Virus record (IMG/VR): IMGVR_UViG_3300017773_000003
DNA from: an uncultured virus (IMG/VR IMGVR_UViG_3300017773_000003)
Lineage: Duplodnaviria > Heunggongvirae > Uroviricota > Caudoviricetes
Length of the DNA stretch: 64,000 nt
Reading direction: 5' to 3' (one strand)
The position numbers and the translations under genes are program-made. Shown here one piece after another: positions 1-10,206 of this stretch. The notes beneath the pieces are model-generated. The model worked only from the letters and a program-made list of their open reading frames with translations, did no database searches and was not told the DNA's origin. The stretch's first letter is position 1; each line of letters opens with the position of its first letter.

Positions 1-2
1 AA

Positions 3-1433
3 GAAGATCCTACTATGTATGACGATCATGATGGGGATGGATTACCTAACTATTCAGATCCTGAATATAGAAATTTAAATGACCAAGGAAAAGCTATAGC
101 TAATACGCAAGCTGCGCAAAAAGCTAAAGAGCAACCTAAAGCGTCTGTCAGTAAGAGAGAAGTTAAAAACTACGAAGCTTACGGTAAAACTTACGATAAG
201 GTAGAAAACGCTATGACTGACTCTGGATACAAAGCAGGTAAACGTGCTGAAGATCAGGGAGCAAAAGGAATATCAGGACAACAAAATCAAGTAGGAGATT
301 CTGGTGTATATGGAGAAGCTTCTATGAACACAGAAGCAGGACGAAAAGATTTCTTTGATAGAAATAAAACTATGCTAGGAGAGATGGGTGTTAATTCTTG
401 GGAAGAATGGAACCCCAAAGAAATGGCAGGAGAGTTCCAAAAAACATTTAATAGCAAGCTTTCTGATCGATGGGATAACGATGAACAGTTTAGAACTGAG
501 ATGGAAAATAAAGGAGTTTCTAGGGACGATTACATGTCTACTGGATTTAGTGGTGAAAAAGGAACAGCTAGTGCTCAAGATGATTTATTTGGAGAGTATT
601 CTTATAGTAGAACATCTGAAGACTTTATGAATGATCCTGCAGCAGAAGATCTTGATGCTGATGAAGAAGACGACTTTGAAGTAGAAGAAGTCACATTAGA
701 TCCTACTGATTCAACTCCTGATAAAGGAGAGCCTAATAAGCCAGGTAAAAAAGGTATGGATTTAACAACAGCTGCACAATTTTTACCATCAATGATGGCA
801 TTAGGTGATAAGCCTGATTATATGGATGAAGCAGATCCTCTTGTAGCTAATGCTGTAGTAGCATCTGAAGTTGGAAAAATGAATTTAGATAGAGTAGATT
901 ATACAGATCAAAAAAGTAGATTGCAAAATCAAATGAATGCAATGACGTATAATCCAAATCGTCAAATGAGTACTTCACAGCAAGCAATGATGCTTTCTAA
1001 ATTTAATGATGAGCAATCTAAAATAACAGCAGCTGAAAACACAGCTAATACTAATATTAGTAATCAAGAAGAAGCTGGTAATGCAGCTATATCTAAAGAT
1101 AATGCTGCTAGAGCGCAACAAGCAAGCACTACTAATGTAGGTAATCAACTAACGGCTAGTAATATTAATGCTAAAAATAAAATGTATGTTGATGAGTTTA
1201 ATAGAGGCGCTGATGCAGCAACATTTGATAGAAAACTAAACGCAGTTCAAACTATGGCAACTAACCTTGGAACTTTAAGGGGCGATAATTTGCGATATGA
1301 AGCAGATAAAAATGTAGCTAAAGCTAATTTAGCAGGGACAGTAGGACCTGACGGTAAAACTGTTTATGATAGAAAAGCTATAGACGAAATGTTTAGCAGG
1401 GCTTCGTATGGTGGTGTAAGAAAAAAAAAATAA
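3..1433 (+). CDS. Virion cargo/ejection protein, C-terminal part (probably 5'-truncated by window edge)
   Basis: Frame is open from position 3, upstream of the tracked ATG at 15. It has a DxDGDG Ca-binding-like motif, an acidic linker, an N/A/Q-rich coiled coil and the C-terminus SYGGVRKKK. It lies just before the giant cargo/RNAP genes, as in crAss-like phages. Confidence 0.6.
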   Translation, partial: EDPTMYDDHDGDGLPNYSDPEYRNLNDQGKAIANTQAAQKAKEQPKASVSKREVKNYEAYGKTYDKVENAMTDSGYKAGKRAEDQGAKGISGQQNQVGDSGVYGEASMNTEAGRKDFFDRNKTMLGEMGVNSWEEWNPKEMAGEFQKTFNSKLSDRWDNDEQFRTEMENKGVSRDDYMSTGFSGEKGTASAQDDLFGEYSYSRTSEDFMNDPAAEDLDADEEDDFEVEEVTLDPTDSTPDKGEPNKPGKKGMDLTTAAQFLPSMMALGDKPDYMDEADPLVANAVVASEVGKMNLDRVDYTDQKSRLQNQMNAMTYNPNRQMSTSQQAMMLSKFNDEQSKITAAENTANTNISNQEEAGNAAISKDNAARAQQASTTNVGNQLTASNINAKNKMYVDEFNRGADAATFDRKLNAVQTMATNLGTLRGDNLRYEADKNVAKANLAGTVGPDGKTVYDRKAIDEMFSRASYGGVRKKK

Positions 1434-1439
1434 AAACTA

Positions 1440-3767
1440 ATGGCTAATAAATATAGTAAGTTTGAATTAAAACCGTTTGCGAGTCAATACGTTGATCCGG
1501 GGGCAGTTAAGGTTTCAGAAATTTATAGAGAAAGATTTGAGAAGAATAAAGAAAAGAAAGATCTGATAGACCAGGCGTTAGCGCAATTTAATGTAATGGG
1601 TGGAGACTCTCATCATTTAGACGCACAAAAAGCTCAAGTTAAAGAGCAGCTTCAAGGAATAGTAGCAGGTGGTAATTATGAAGACGCTAATCTTGTTATT
1701 GATGAAGCACTAAATAATATAAAAAGTAACGAGGCTTTATTAGCTGCAGAAAAATCTTATGCAAACAGGCAAGAAGAGCTGCAATTTATGCGTAAAGCTG
1801 CAATGCAAGGGCAGCAAATTTTAGATTGGGGAGAAAATGCTTCTAAATCACACAACTCTTGGGTTAAAAACGAGACTACTGGAAAATTTGAAGCAAACAT
1901 ATACCAGAATTCTTCAGAAGTTATGCTTGATTATAACAAAGGTATAAAAAGCTTTTTAGGTTCTATTAAGTCGGATCCTACTGGATTATCTAAGTCTAAA
2001 ATGGATAAGCACGCTTTACGCATTATGGGCGGATATATGAGAAGTAATGAAGGTGTGCAAGATTACAGAAGATTGGTGGAGCTAGAATATGATCAAAGTT
2101 TACCTTTAGAGCAGCGGCAAGAAATGGCACAAAAAGATATTTTAAATAGAATTAAAATACAAACGGACCAATACGTGCACACTAAAGTGCCTACAGGATC
2201 TGAAAAAGCACAAGCTGCTGCAAATGCATTGCAATCTAGTATTTTAGGTAACAGTATGATAGTATCGTCTAAAGGTATGACAGCTATTGATATTGCAGAT
2301 ATTGCAGATAAAGGGGTTTTTGATGGTAATATGTTAGCTCTTACATCTAAAATGATTGAGTTTGAGAAAGCAGGCGATAAAAAAGCTGCTAGAGATATAC
2401 GACAATCTATGAAAAGTATGGGACGTAATATGGTGGAAAGTGGCGCCCTTACCCCTGAGCAAGGAACTGCGTATCAAAAATTTGAAATAGATCATTGGAG
2501 AATAAATGATGGCGATAATTCAAACATGTCTACTGATGATTTAGAAAAAGTAGGAGGTCTTGTTAAGTATATGACTGAAGATAGATGGCTTCCTGATTTT
2601 ACACTACAAGGCGGAGGTAGAGATAGAATGTTTGATAGAATAGGTAATTATTATTCAGGAGTTGGAGCAACTACACTAGCGGGTGCGGGAGCAGGAACAA
2701 TCGTAGCGCCTGGAGCAGGAACTCTTTTTGGTGGTGCTCTTGGATTTGGAGCAGGACTTATAGCTGCTACTACAGCTACTATAGGGGATATAGGTGCTAC
2801 AATGTTAGGACAAGCTCTTGATGGTTGGGGTAATGTAAAAGATATGGGTCGACCTGAGAATGTAGATTTAGGTATTATTGATTCTGAGCGTACACAGCTA
2901 GCGCAAAATATGGCTAACTTAACTAAAGTGAATAATGCATTGGGCACACAATTTACTGAAGAAGATATACCGTTTTTAAAGAAAAAAGCTCTAGAATATT
3001 ATGATTACACTGTAAGTGGTGGAGAAGAAATCCATGACGCAGTTAACAATTATGACGGAGATGTATATGAAGGTAATACTTGGATACCTAGCCCAGACAA
3101 AGAAGGAGACAACCTAAGAACTCGTCTTAATAATATGTTACAAAAAAGTATGACATTAGACGATTTTAGACCTGTAGGTATTAGTGAGGGTAGTGAAGCA
3201 TATGACAAGTTATTTAAAACATCAGACGGAGCTAAAATAAAAACTACTAACTTAGAAATGCACGGAGTTATATTTCCCGATATATCAAACAATATACCTT
3301 TACAAATGATTGTTGAAACTGCAAGCGGCGATAGAGTTAGGGTTGAGATGAAAGACCAAACTGCTAGAGGGTTAGACTCGACAACTGGTCAAATAGCTAA
3401 AGCTATGGGAAGACTTGATGTACTTATAGCAGAAGAAACTAGAAAAGATTTAGAAAATGTAGATAACCCAATGCTACCAGATCTTGCTATTTCTACTAAA
3501 AATCAATTGCAAAGTTTAATGAATGATATGGGAAGTCTAGGTGGTGACCCTGAAGAGATTTATAAGACAGTTATGTATAACCACATAAAAACCATACCTT
3601 TGGCTATGTCTAAAATTAATAAACTTAAATCAGGTTTAGTTAATGCAGGCTACGCACCTGAACTTATTGCAAAAGCTATTGAGCAGTATGTATTTGAAGG
3701 TACTTATAATTCTGAAGGTGTTAAAACTGCAGAGCCATTAATTGCAACTAAAATCAGACTTAGGTAA
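1440..3767 (+). CDS. Virion cargo/ejection protein with glycine-zipper hydrophobic segments
   Basis: 775 aa ORF with a helical N-terminus and a GxxxG-rich hydrophobic stretch (GVGATTLAGAGAGTIVAPGAGTLFGGALGFGAGLIAA). Its stop overlaps the next start (TAATG). Confidence 0.6.
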   Translation: MANKYSKFELKPFASQYVDPGAVKVSEIYRERFEKNKEKKDLIDQALAQFNVMGGDSHHLDAQKAQVKEQLQGIVAGGNYEDANLVIDEALNNIKSNEALLAAEKSYANRQEELQFMRKAAMQGQQILDWGENASKSHNSWVKNETTGKFEANIYQNSSEVMLDYNKGIKSFLGSIKSDPTGLSKSKMDKHALRIMGGYMRSNEGVQDYRRLVELEYDQSLPLEQRQEMAQKDILNRIKIQTDQYVHTKVPTGSEKAQAAANALQSSILGNSMIVSSKGMTAIDIADIADKGVFDGNMLALTSKMIEFEKAGDKKAARDIRQSMKSMGRNMVESGALTPEQGTAYQKFEIDHWRINDGDNSNMSTDDLEKVGGLVKYMTEDRWLPDFTLQGGGRDRMFDRIGNYYSGVGATTLAGAGAGTIVAPGAGTLFGGALGFGAGLIAATTATIGDIGATMLGQALDGWGNVKDMGRPENVDLGIIDSERTQLAQNMANLTKVNNALGTQFTEEDIPFLKKKALEYYDYTVSGGEEIHDAVNNYDGDVYEGNTWIPSPDKEGDNLRTRLNNMLQKSMTLDDFRPVGISEGSEAYDKLFKTSDGAKIKTTNLEMHGVIFPDISNNIPLQMIVETASGDRVRVEMKDQTARGLDSTTGQIAKAMGRLDVLIAEETRKDLENVDNPMLPDLAISTKNQLQSLMNDMGSLGGDPEEIYKTVMYNHIKTIPLAMSKINKLKSGLVNAGYAPELIAKAIEQYVFEGTYNSEGVKTAEPLIATKIRLR

Positions 3768-6700
3768 TGGAAGAAAATAATTTTTTAGCAGGTCTAGATA
3801 CTACGTTAGCTTCAGAAAACTTAGTTGATGTAGATACTGAAGGCAATCAAATTCAGACTCCTGAAGAAGTAATTGACAAAGAAAAATCGACACACACTTT
3901 AGAAGACCGTGATTTTATATCAAGTCTTGTAGCAGATGTAGAAGCAGAGACTGCAGATGAGCCAGATGTAGGGATGACTACAAACCCTAGGTATGGAACT
4001 ACCCTTAAAAATGTAGATTATGAGGCGTACGATGAATACATCGATCGCCCGTTTTCATTTATATCAGATGATGCAGATGATCTTAGAGCGTATGGGCAAA
4101 GCTCTGGAGAAAAGTGGGCTCATGGTATACCAAAACTAATAGGTAAAACAGGTACTAATGTATTAGGATCTACTGTAGGTTTAATATACGGTGCAGGAGC
4201 TTTTGCTTCTAATTTATTTGCAGAAGAAAGCGCAACAAAAGCATTTTTTGACAATGATTTTCAAAGAGGTTTAGATGGTATAAATGATTGGATGGATGAC
4301 AAGCTTCCAAATTATTACACTAAAGAAGAGCAAGATTACAACATATTGCAAAGTATGGGAACTGCTAACTTTTGGGCCAATGATTTTACTCAAGGGTTAT
4401 CTTTTATTGCTGGAGCTGTATTATCAGAAGGGCTTACCGCAGGGTTAGCATCAAGTGCACAAGTAGCAAAAGCTACTAAGATATTAAAAGGAGCAGTTGG
4501 AGCAAAATCTGCTAAATACATGGGCACCAAAGCAACTGACGACATACTAAAAAAGTTTAATAGCACAGTAGATTCTAATAGAATGAATACAGGGCTGCGT
4601 ACTTTACGGCAGCTAGGTACTGGTGCTATGTACGAATCAGGAGTAGAAGCTAGACATCATTACGATGAAAGTTTTAAAGGATTACAAGAAGCATTTAAAG
4701 AAACAAACGGAAGAGGCCCATCTAAAGAGGAGTATGCAGCACTAGCTGATCTTGCTACTAAAAGTGCTAACGCTGTATTTGCAGGTAACTTAGCTCTAGT
4801 AGGTTATGGTAACTATATGATGTTTCCAAAAATATTTGGTAAAGGATTAAAGTCTACTAAAGCTGCTTATGCTAATGCGTTAAAAAATGAAGTTAAAGGT
4901 AAAGGTAGAGCTTATTATACTCTAGCTAAAGAGCTTGGTAAAAAAGAAGTTTTAGCTAGAAATGCTTGGCGTGTACTTAAGACTCCTCTGTACGAAGGAT
5001 TTGTAGAAGAAGGTGGACAAAAGTTACTAGATGTAGCTGGACAGGCTGCAGCAACTAACTACTACGTATCTAAAGGTGATCCAGGCTTTATTAAAATGGC
5101 TGCTGAAATGTTAGAAAATACAGCAGATAAATTTGGTGAAGTTTACGGATCTAAAGAAGGTCAAAAAGAAATAGGAATAGGTTTTTTGTTAGCTGCTATG
5201 GGGTTACCAGGGCGTACGTCTGTTAAAGGTAAAGATGGTAAAACTAAAAAACAAGGTACTTGGAATGGGGGTATTTGGGAGAGTATGCAAGACATTAAAC
5301 TGCAGAAAGATTCAGTAAATGCCCTTAAGACTAGATTAGAGAATGATCCTGACGCAATGAAGGCTTTCGAAAGAAACTTTAATGCTATGGTTAGAGATGG
5401 TGTTATACAAGATGCTAAAGATTTTGCTTCTATTATTGATAGCCCTTTTGCATTTTACAATGCAGAAGAGGATGGGGTATTTAATTACATTTCAGCTAGA
5501 GTTAGAGCAGGATTTGAGTCAGAGCTTATTGAAGATGTGAAGCACATACGTAACATGTCTTTGGATCAGTTTAGAGAAGCTTTTGATTACAAAGGTATAT
5601 CAGATTTAAACGACACTGAATTAGCTGCTAGAAGAGAAGATATAGCCACAGCATTTGAAAAGAAAATAACATCAGTAAAAGCTGCTTTTAATAAAATTGA
5701 CCAAAGCTTTACTAGCTGGGGAGAAGACCAACGAAATAGTATTGCTCACGCACTTTCTATTACTGAAGATAGTATAAAAAGAGAAGAAAGTATTAACAAA
5801 AGGTTAGCCGATATGGGGTTAACTTTAGATATAGAAGTTGAAGAAGATAAAGCAAAAGCAGACAAAAGAGAAGCGGATGAGGCTAAGCTTCGTTTAAAAA
5901 ATATTTGGCAACGTTTATCCGGTAAACAGGTAGAACAAATTAAAAGTGATAATGCAGGCGCTGTAGAAAAAGTTAAACGAAAGTTAAACATAAAAGAATT
6001 AACTGACCCTGTACATTTAGAAGAGCTTTACAACACTATACTACAAGAAAAAACAACTTTACAAGCAGAGTTAGATAAAATAGAAAGCTCTAATATCAGT
6101 AAAGAAGAAAAAGAAAAGCAAGCAGAGGTAGTTCAGAAAAAAATTAACCTTGTATTAGATAGGTTTGCAGATTTATCTAAAGCAATTGATAAAGGATTAG
6201 ACCCATACATTAGTGCTGGAGAACAGCAAATGCTAGATGCTTGGGAAAAAGCAGACCCTTCAGGGTTTGCAGTAGGCAAGGAAGAGGCTACACAGCTATT
6301 AAAAGATTCTAGAAAACTTAGAGCAAGACGACATAGAGCTATTGATATGTATAATCAAATGCTTGCGTTAAGAGAAGAAGGTACTTGGTCTAAGCATGGA
6401 GATATAGTTCCTAGACCAGAAGTGCTTTATCAACAAGCTATACAATCAGGTAAAGGCCCTAATGTAGAGATTGACGATCCAAAGTTAGCTAAACTTATTA
6501 CGCGGTATCAAGGTAAAATTGTAGAGTTTGAATACAAGAATGAAAAAGGAGATGTAAGCGTTAAACGTTTCTTAGTAGAAGACACAAAAGTTGAGTCTGA
6601 AAACGACGAGATATTACGTCCAATTCCTTCATTTGAAACATTAGCTATTCTTGAAGAGTTAGAGACAGCTAGAGCTGAACTAAAAACTTTGCGAGAAGTA

Positions 6701-9700
6701 GAGCAAAATGAAGTTGCTAGCACAGAAGTCTTAATTAAAGAAGAAGCAATAAAAGTTCTAGAGGATCAATTAGGATCTAACGCAGACAATACTGCTCCGT
6801 GGGCAGCTAAATCATTATTAAAAGCTAATGGACCTATTAGTATAATAGATCAAACACAAATAGCACAAGAGCTATTAAAAGCTACGCTATCTAAAACTGA
6901 AACTAAGCTTAAAAATAGATTACAGCTTTTTAACAACTCACTTGATATATTTAAAACTAAATTTAGCGAAACTATAACATCTTTAAGAAATTATAAAAAG
7001 ATGTTAGATAACAAAAGCGAGCTATCTGAAGATGAGTTAGAAAATATATTTAGAAAGCAACTTGAACTTGAAGCGGATCTTAGAGTTCTACGTAATGACA
7101 TAGCTAATACAAGAAAAGAAATAGCATCTGTAGAAACAGACTTAAATGTATTGCAAAATTTTGCTCAGGAATCCAAATCACTTAAAACTCAAGAGCAAGT
7201 AAACGCTGCTATTGAAAACTTATTTGAAGCGTCATACACAATGAAGGATTATGCATCTATCTATAAAGAGATGTTAGATAATCCAGTGTTCCAAATGGCT
7301 AAAACTCAAAAAGATGGTAGAACTATTATTGACAGTGAAAAGCTAAACGGATTTAAAAACGTTATTAATAATGGTACAAAGCAGATTAAAGAGTTGCTTT
7401 TACAGTATGATGACAGTGTTAAACCTCTTTATACTAAAATAGAAGATCTAGAAAAACGTCTAGAAGAGCTTAAGAAGATTATTAAAGTTACTAAGCCTAC
7501 TGCAGACGCTCCATTTGGTAGAGCATATAAAAAAGATCAAAGTAAACCTGAAGCTGCTGAGTATGCAAAAATGGCACAGCGTTTACAAAATGCTATGTTT
7601 GATTTAGATCGTCTAGAAAAAGCTTTTATTCAGGACGTAGACTCTTTAATTACTAGTGCTACGCAAGCTACAAATGTAGCTATATCATTAAATAATCAGA
7701 TGCTAGCTTTACAGCAAAAGCTCGAATACTTTTTGGCGCCTCCTCTTAAAAAAGAAGAAGGAGACGATGTTTATACAGAGTCTAGCTCAGGCCAAATGTC
7801 TATTGAAGATTTAATAAATAGTACTAATGCTTCAGAATACAACTCTCCTGCAATATCTAATCACTATTTAGGTAAAACTGCAGGTTCGCATGTGGCTGCA
7901 ATAAAGAGGCTTAAGGAGATAGAAGATATAATAGCTCGTAATGCTACAGTATCAGAAAAGCTCCGTACTAAAGTTGATGAATTAGAAAAAGAACAATTAG
8001 AAAGTCAATTACAATTTTTTGCTTATACATCAGCTAAGAATTTTAGTGCTAAAAGTAAAGATGCTAACTCTCATAAAGTTATGGCTGTTAGTAGAAAAAA
8101 TTTACCTGAAGACTTGGTAGACAAAATAGTATTTTATGATGAAAAGCGAAAAAACAAATGGTTTACAGCTAATCAAAATAAAACAAAATTAAAAGGGCAA
8201 GACAAAGAAACTATTGTTTATATTTTAACTAACAATAAAGGTGAACCTAAACTTATAAATAATAAGCCTGTTTATACAACAATGCCTAACGATGAGTTAT
8301 TTACTACTTACAACACAAAAGGAGGGCCTAGAGTTGGGTATCGTTACGGTAAATCCGATTTAAATGTAAAAGGCAGACAAGAGTTTACAGATGTAGATAA
8401 CATAATAAGATATTCTATTGAAGATGCAGACGGAAAAACTACGGGTAGTCTTACTGAAAACGTTTTAGATATTATAGAAAGACATAGAGTTAGACGTCAA
8501 AATGTTTTAGATTCGTCTGAACCTCTTATGATGTCAATAATAGGCCACAGTACTCCGCATGTATTAAAGAAAGAGGGTGAGCAATTAAATCGCCCATCAA
8601 GAAGTATACAATCTGATGTGCAAAATATTAACCTACGACCTAACGTTTCTTTAGACAATAAAGTAGTTATTGGTGGGCGAAGTATGACGTTAAAACACAA
8701 TATGCTGTTTATTGAAAAACAAGGTAAGTTAATACCTGTTTCTGAGCAGTCTTTAACGGAGATAGATCAAGAAACATTGTACAATTTATTTATTAAGTAT
8801 GCTGACCAGCAAACTAGAAGAATGAATAAAGAGTTAATGAAAGAGAACGCAGAAAGTATTGACTCTAACGATATTAATAGTAAGAACATCTTACAAATTA
8901 TTAAAGATTTAGTTTATTTTGGACCTAACACTGCTAAACAACAAACAGATATAGCTGATGTAAAATCAAAACGATTTGAAATTAAGCCTAATAAAAATGG
9001 ATTTAGTTTATATTTTGGAGAGTTTGGAGAAATACAAATGCAGCAACTTCTTAATAGAAGTGAGAACACTAGTTTACATGAACAGTTAGAAGAGTTTATT
9101 AAAAATAGATCATATAATGTAAATTACTTTACTTTAGGTAAAGACGTTACACAACGTTCTGGAGGAAAGGCTGTAGAAGAGTATGAAGAAGCGCTTAAAA
9201 ATGCTAGAGGCAGATTCTTTAGTACTAAGGGGCCAGTAAAAGTAAAAGATCCTAATAAAGCTTTAGCGCAATGGAAAAAAGAAAACCCGCGTCCTAAAGA
9301 AGAGGATGCTCAATATACTCCATTTACTGAATATACAGTAGACAAAGAAGGTAATGTGTCTAAAATTCAATGGAGTAATTATACGCAATACTTGCTAGGT
9401 GATACTACAGGTATGAGAGATAAGGTAAGAGATATAAATGAAATACCTTTATACACTTTAATGCGGGACGAAATAAAAGAAGGTGATAAGAATTTTTATA
9501 AAGGAGCTCAATTCCAAAATACTTATTTATTGGTTGGAACTAATAAAATGACTTCGTTGTCTGAGTTTTTAAATCCTAAAAAGAAAAAAACAACTACTCG
9601 CACATTTAAACCTAAAGTTAAAAATCAAGCGCAAACTACTACTACTACTGAAGAGGATGGCAATTATGCGCCAACTCCTACAGATATTATGTTAAGAAGT

Positions 9701-10195
9701 AAAGATCCAGTATCTGAGTCTTACAAAGTTACTCAAAAAGATGGTAGTACATTTGAACTTACTTTTACTTTTGAAGGTAAAAAAGGAACTGAAGTTACAA
9801 TGGATTCAGCTGCTACTATATCTAATTATCAAGATATAGATGGTAATACTATAAAAGATACAGAAGCATTAGAGCCTTATATAACTGAGTTTAGAGAAGG
9901 TAGAATTGCTGCAGTTAAAAATGATGACGGCACTGTAGAGCCTGGAGTTAGAGGAGCAACTAAAGCGCTTATTCAAGAGGTAACTAATTTATTTAATAAT
10001 GACCCATCAAATACATTTGCAGAAGTTGAGCATGATTTACCTCCTGTTACTTTTGAGTATATTTACCCAGAAGGAATGGAAAGTGATGTAGAAGATTCTC
10101 CTTTTACGAATAACCCGTCAGGACAAGAAGAAGAAGTTACCCTGGAAGGATTTGAAAGTGATGTAGAAAGTAGTACCAATGACGAATTATGTTAA
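3767..10195 (+). CDS. Giant virion cargo/ejection protein of the RNAP gene cluster
   Basis: 2142 aa with N-terminal Gly/Ala-rich hydrophobic segments, long coiled coils and an acidic C-terminus. Directly upstream of the virion RNAP. Confidence 0.65.
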   Translation: MEENNFLAGLDTTLASENLVDVDTEGNQIQTPEEVIDKEKSTHTLEDRDFISSLVADVEAETADEPDVGMTTNPRYGTTLKNVDYEAYDEYIDRPFSFISDDADDLRAYGQSSGEKWAHGIPKLIGKTGTNVLGSTVGLIYGAGAFASNLFAEESATKAFFDNDFQRGLDGINDWMDDKLPNYYTKEEQDYNILQSMGTANFWANDFTQGLSFIAGAVLSEGLTAGLASSAQVAKATKILKGAVGAKSAKYMGTKATDDILKKFNSTVDSNRMNTGLRTLRQLGTGAMYESGVEARHHYDESFKGLQEAFKETNGRGPSKEEYAALADLATKSANAVFAGNLALVGYGNYMMFPKIFGKGLKSTKAAYANALKNEVKGKGRAYYTLAKELGKKEVLARNAWRVLKTPLYEGFVEEGGQKLLDVAGQAAATNYYVSKGDPGFIKMAAEMLENTADKFGEVYGSKEGQKEIGIGFLLAAMGLPGRTSVKGKDGKTKKQGTWNGGIWESMQDIKLQKDSVNALKTRLENDPDAMKAFERNFNAMVRDGVIQDAKDFASIIDSPFAFYNAEEDGVFNYISARVRAGFESELIEDVKHIRNMSLDQFREAFDYKGISDLNDTELAARREDIATAFEKKITSVKAAFNKIDQSFTSWGEDQRNSIAHALSITEDSIKREESINKRLADMGLTLDIEVEEDKAKADKREADEAKLRLKNIWQRLSGKQVEQIKSDNAGAVEKVKRKLNIKELTDPVHLEELYNTILQEKTTLQAELDKIESSNISKEEKEKQAEVVQKKINLVLDRFADLSKAIDKGLDPYISAGEQQMLDAWEKADPSGFAVGKEEATQLLKDSRKLRARRHRAIDMYNQMLALREEGTWSKHGDIVPRPEVLYQQAIQSGKGPNVEIDDPKLAKLITRYQGKIVEFEYKNEKGDVSVKRFLVEDTKVESENDEILRPIPSFETLAILEELETARAELKTLREVEQNEVASTEVLIKEEAIKVLEDQLGSNADNTAPWAAKSLLKANGPISIIDQTQIAQELLKATLSKTETKLKNRLQLFNNSLDIFKTKFSETITSLRNYKKMLDNKSELSEDELENIFRKQLELEADLRVLRNDIANTRKEIASVETDLNVLQNFAQESKSLKTQEQVNAAIENLFEASYTMKDYASIYKEMLDNPVFQMAKTQKDGRTIIDSEKLNGFKNVINNGTKQIKELLLQYDDSVKPLYTKIEDLEKRLEELKKIIKVTKPTADAPFGRAYKKDQSKPEAAEYAKMAQRLQNAMFDLDRLEKAFIQDVDSLITSATQATNVAISLNNQMLALQQKLEYFLAPPLKKEEGDDVYTESSSGQMSIEDLINSTNASEYNSPAISNHYLGKTAGSHVAAIKRLKEIEDIIARNATVSEKLRTKVDELEKEQLESQLQFFAYTSAKNFSAKSKDANSHKVMAVSRKNLPEDLVDKIVFYDEKRKNKWFTANQNKTKLKGQDKETIVYILTNNKGEPKLINNKPVYTTMPNDELFTTYNTKGGPRVGYRYGKSDLNVKGRQEFTDVDNIIRYSIEDADGKTTGSLTENVLDIIERHRVRRQNVLDSSEPLMMSIIGHSTPHVLKKEGEQLNRPSRSIQSDVQNINLRPNVSLDNKVVIGGRSMTLKHNMLFIEKQGKLIPVSEQSLTEIDQETLYNLFIKYADQQTRRMNKELMKENAESIDSNDINSKNILQIIKDLVYFGPNTAKQQTDIADVKSKRFEIKPNKNGFSLYFGEFGEIQMQQLLNRSENTSLHEQLEEFIKNRSYNVNYFTLGKDVTQRSGGKAVEEYEEALKNARGRFFSTKGPVKVKDPNKALAQWKKENPRPKEEDAQYTPFTEYTVDKEGNVSKIQWSNYTQYLLGDTTGMRDKVRDINEIPLYTLMRDEIKEGDKNFYKGAQFQNTYLLVGTNKMTSLSEFLNPKKKKTTTRTFKPKVKNQAQTTTTTEEDGNYAPTPTDIMLRSKDPVSESYKVTQKDGSTFELTFTFEGKKGTEVTMDSAATISNYQDIDGNTIKDTEALEPYITEFREGRIAAVKNDDGTVEPGVRGATKALIQEVTNLFNNDPSNTFAEVEHDLPPVTFEYIYPEGMESDVEDSPFTNNPSGQEEEVTLEGFESDVESSTNDELC

Positions 10196-10206
10196 AAAAA
10201 TAGACC

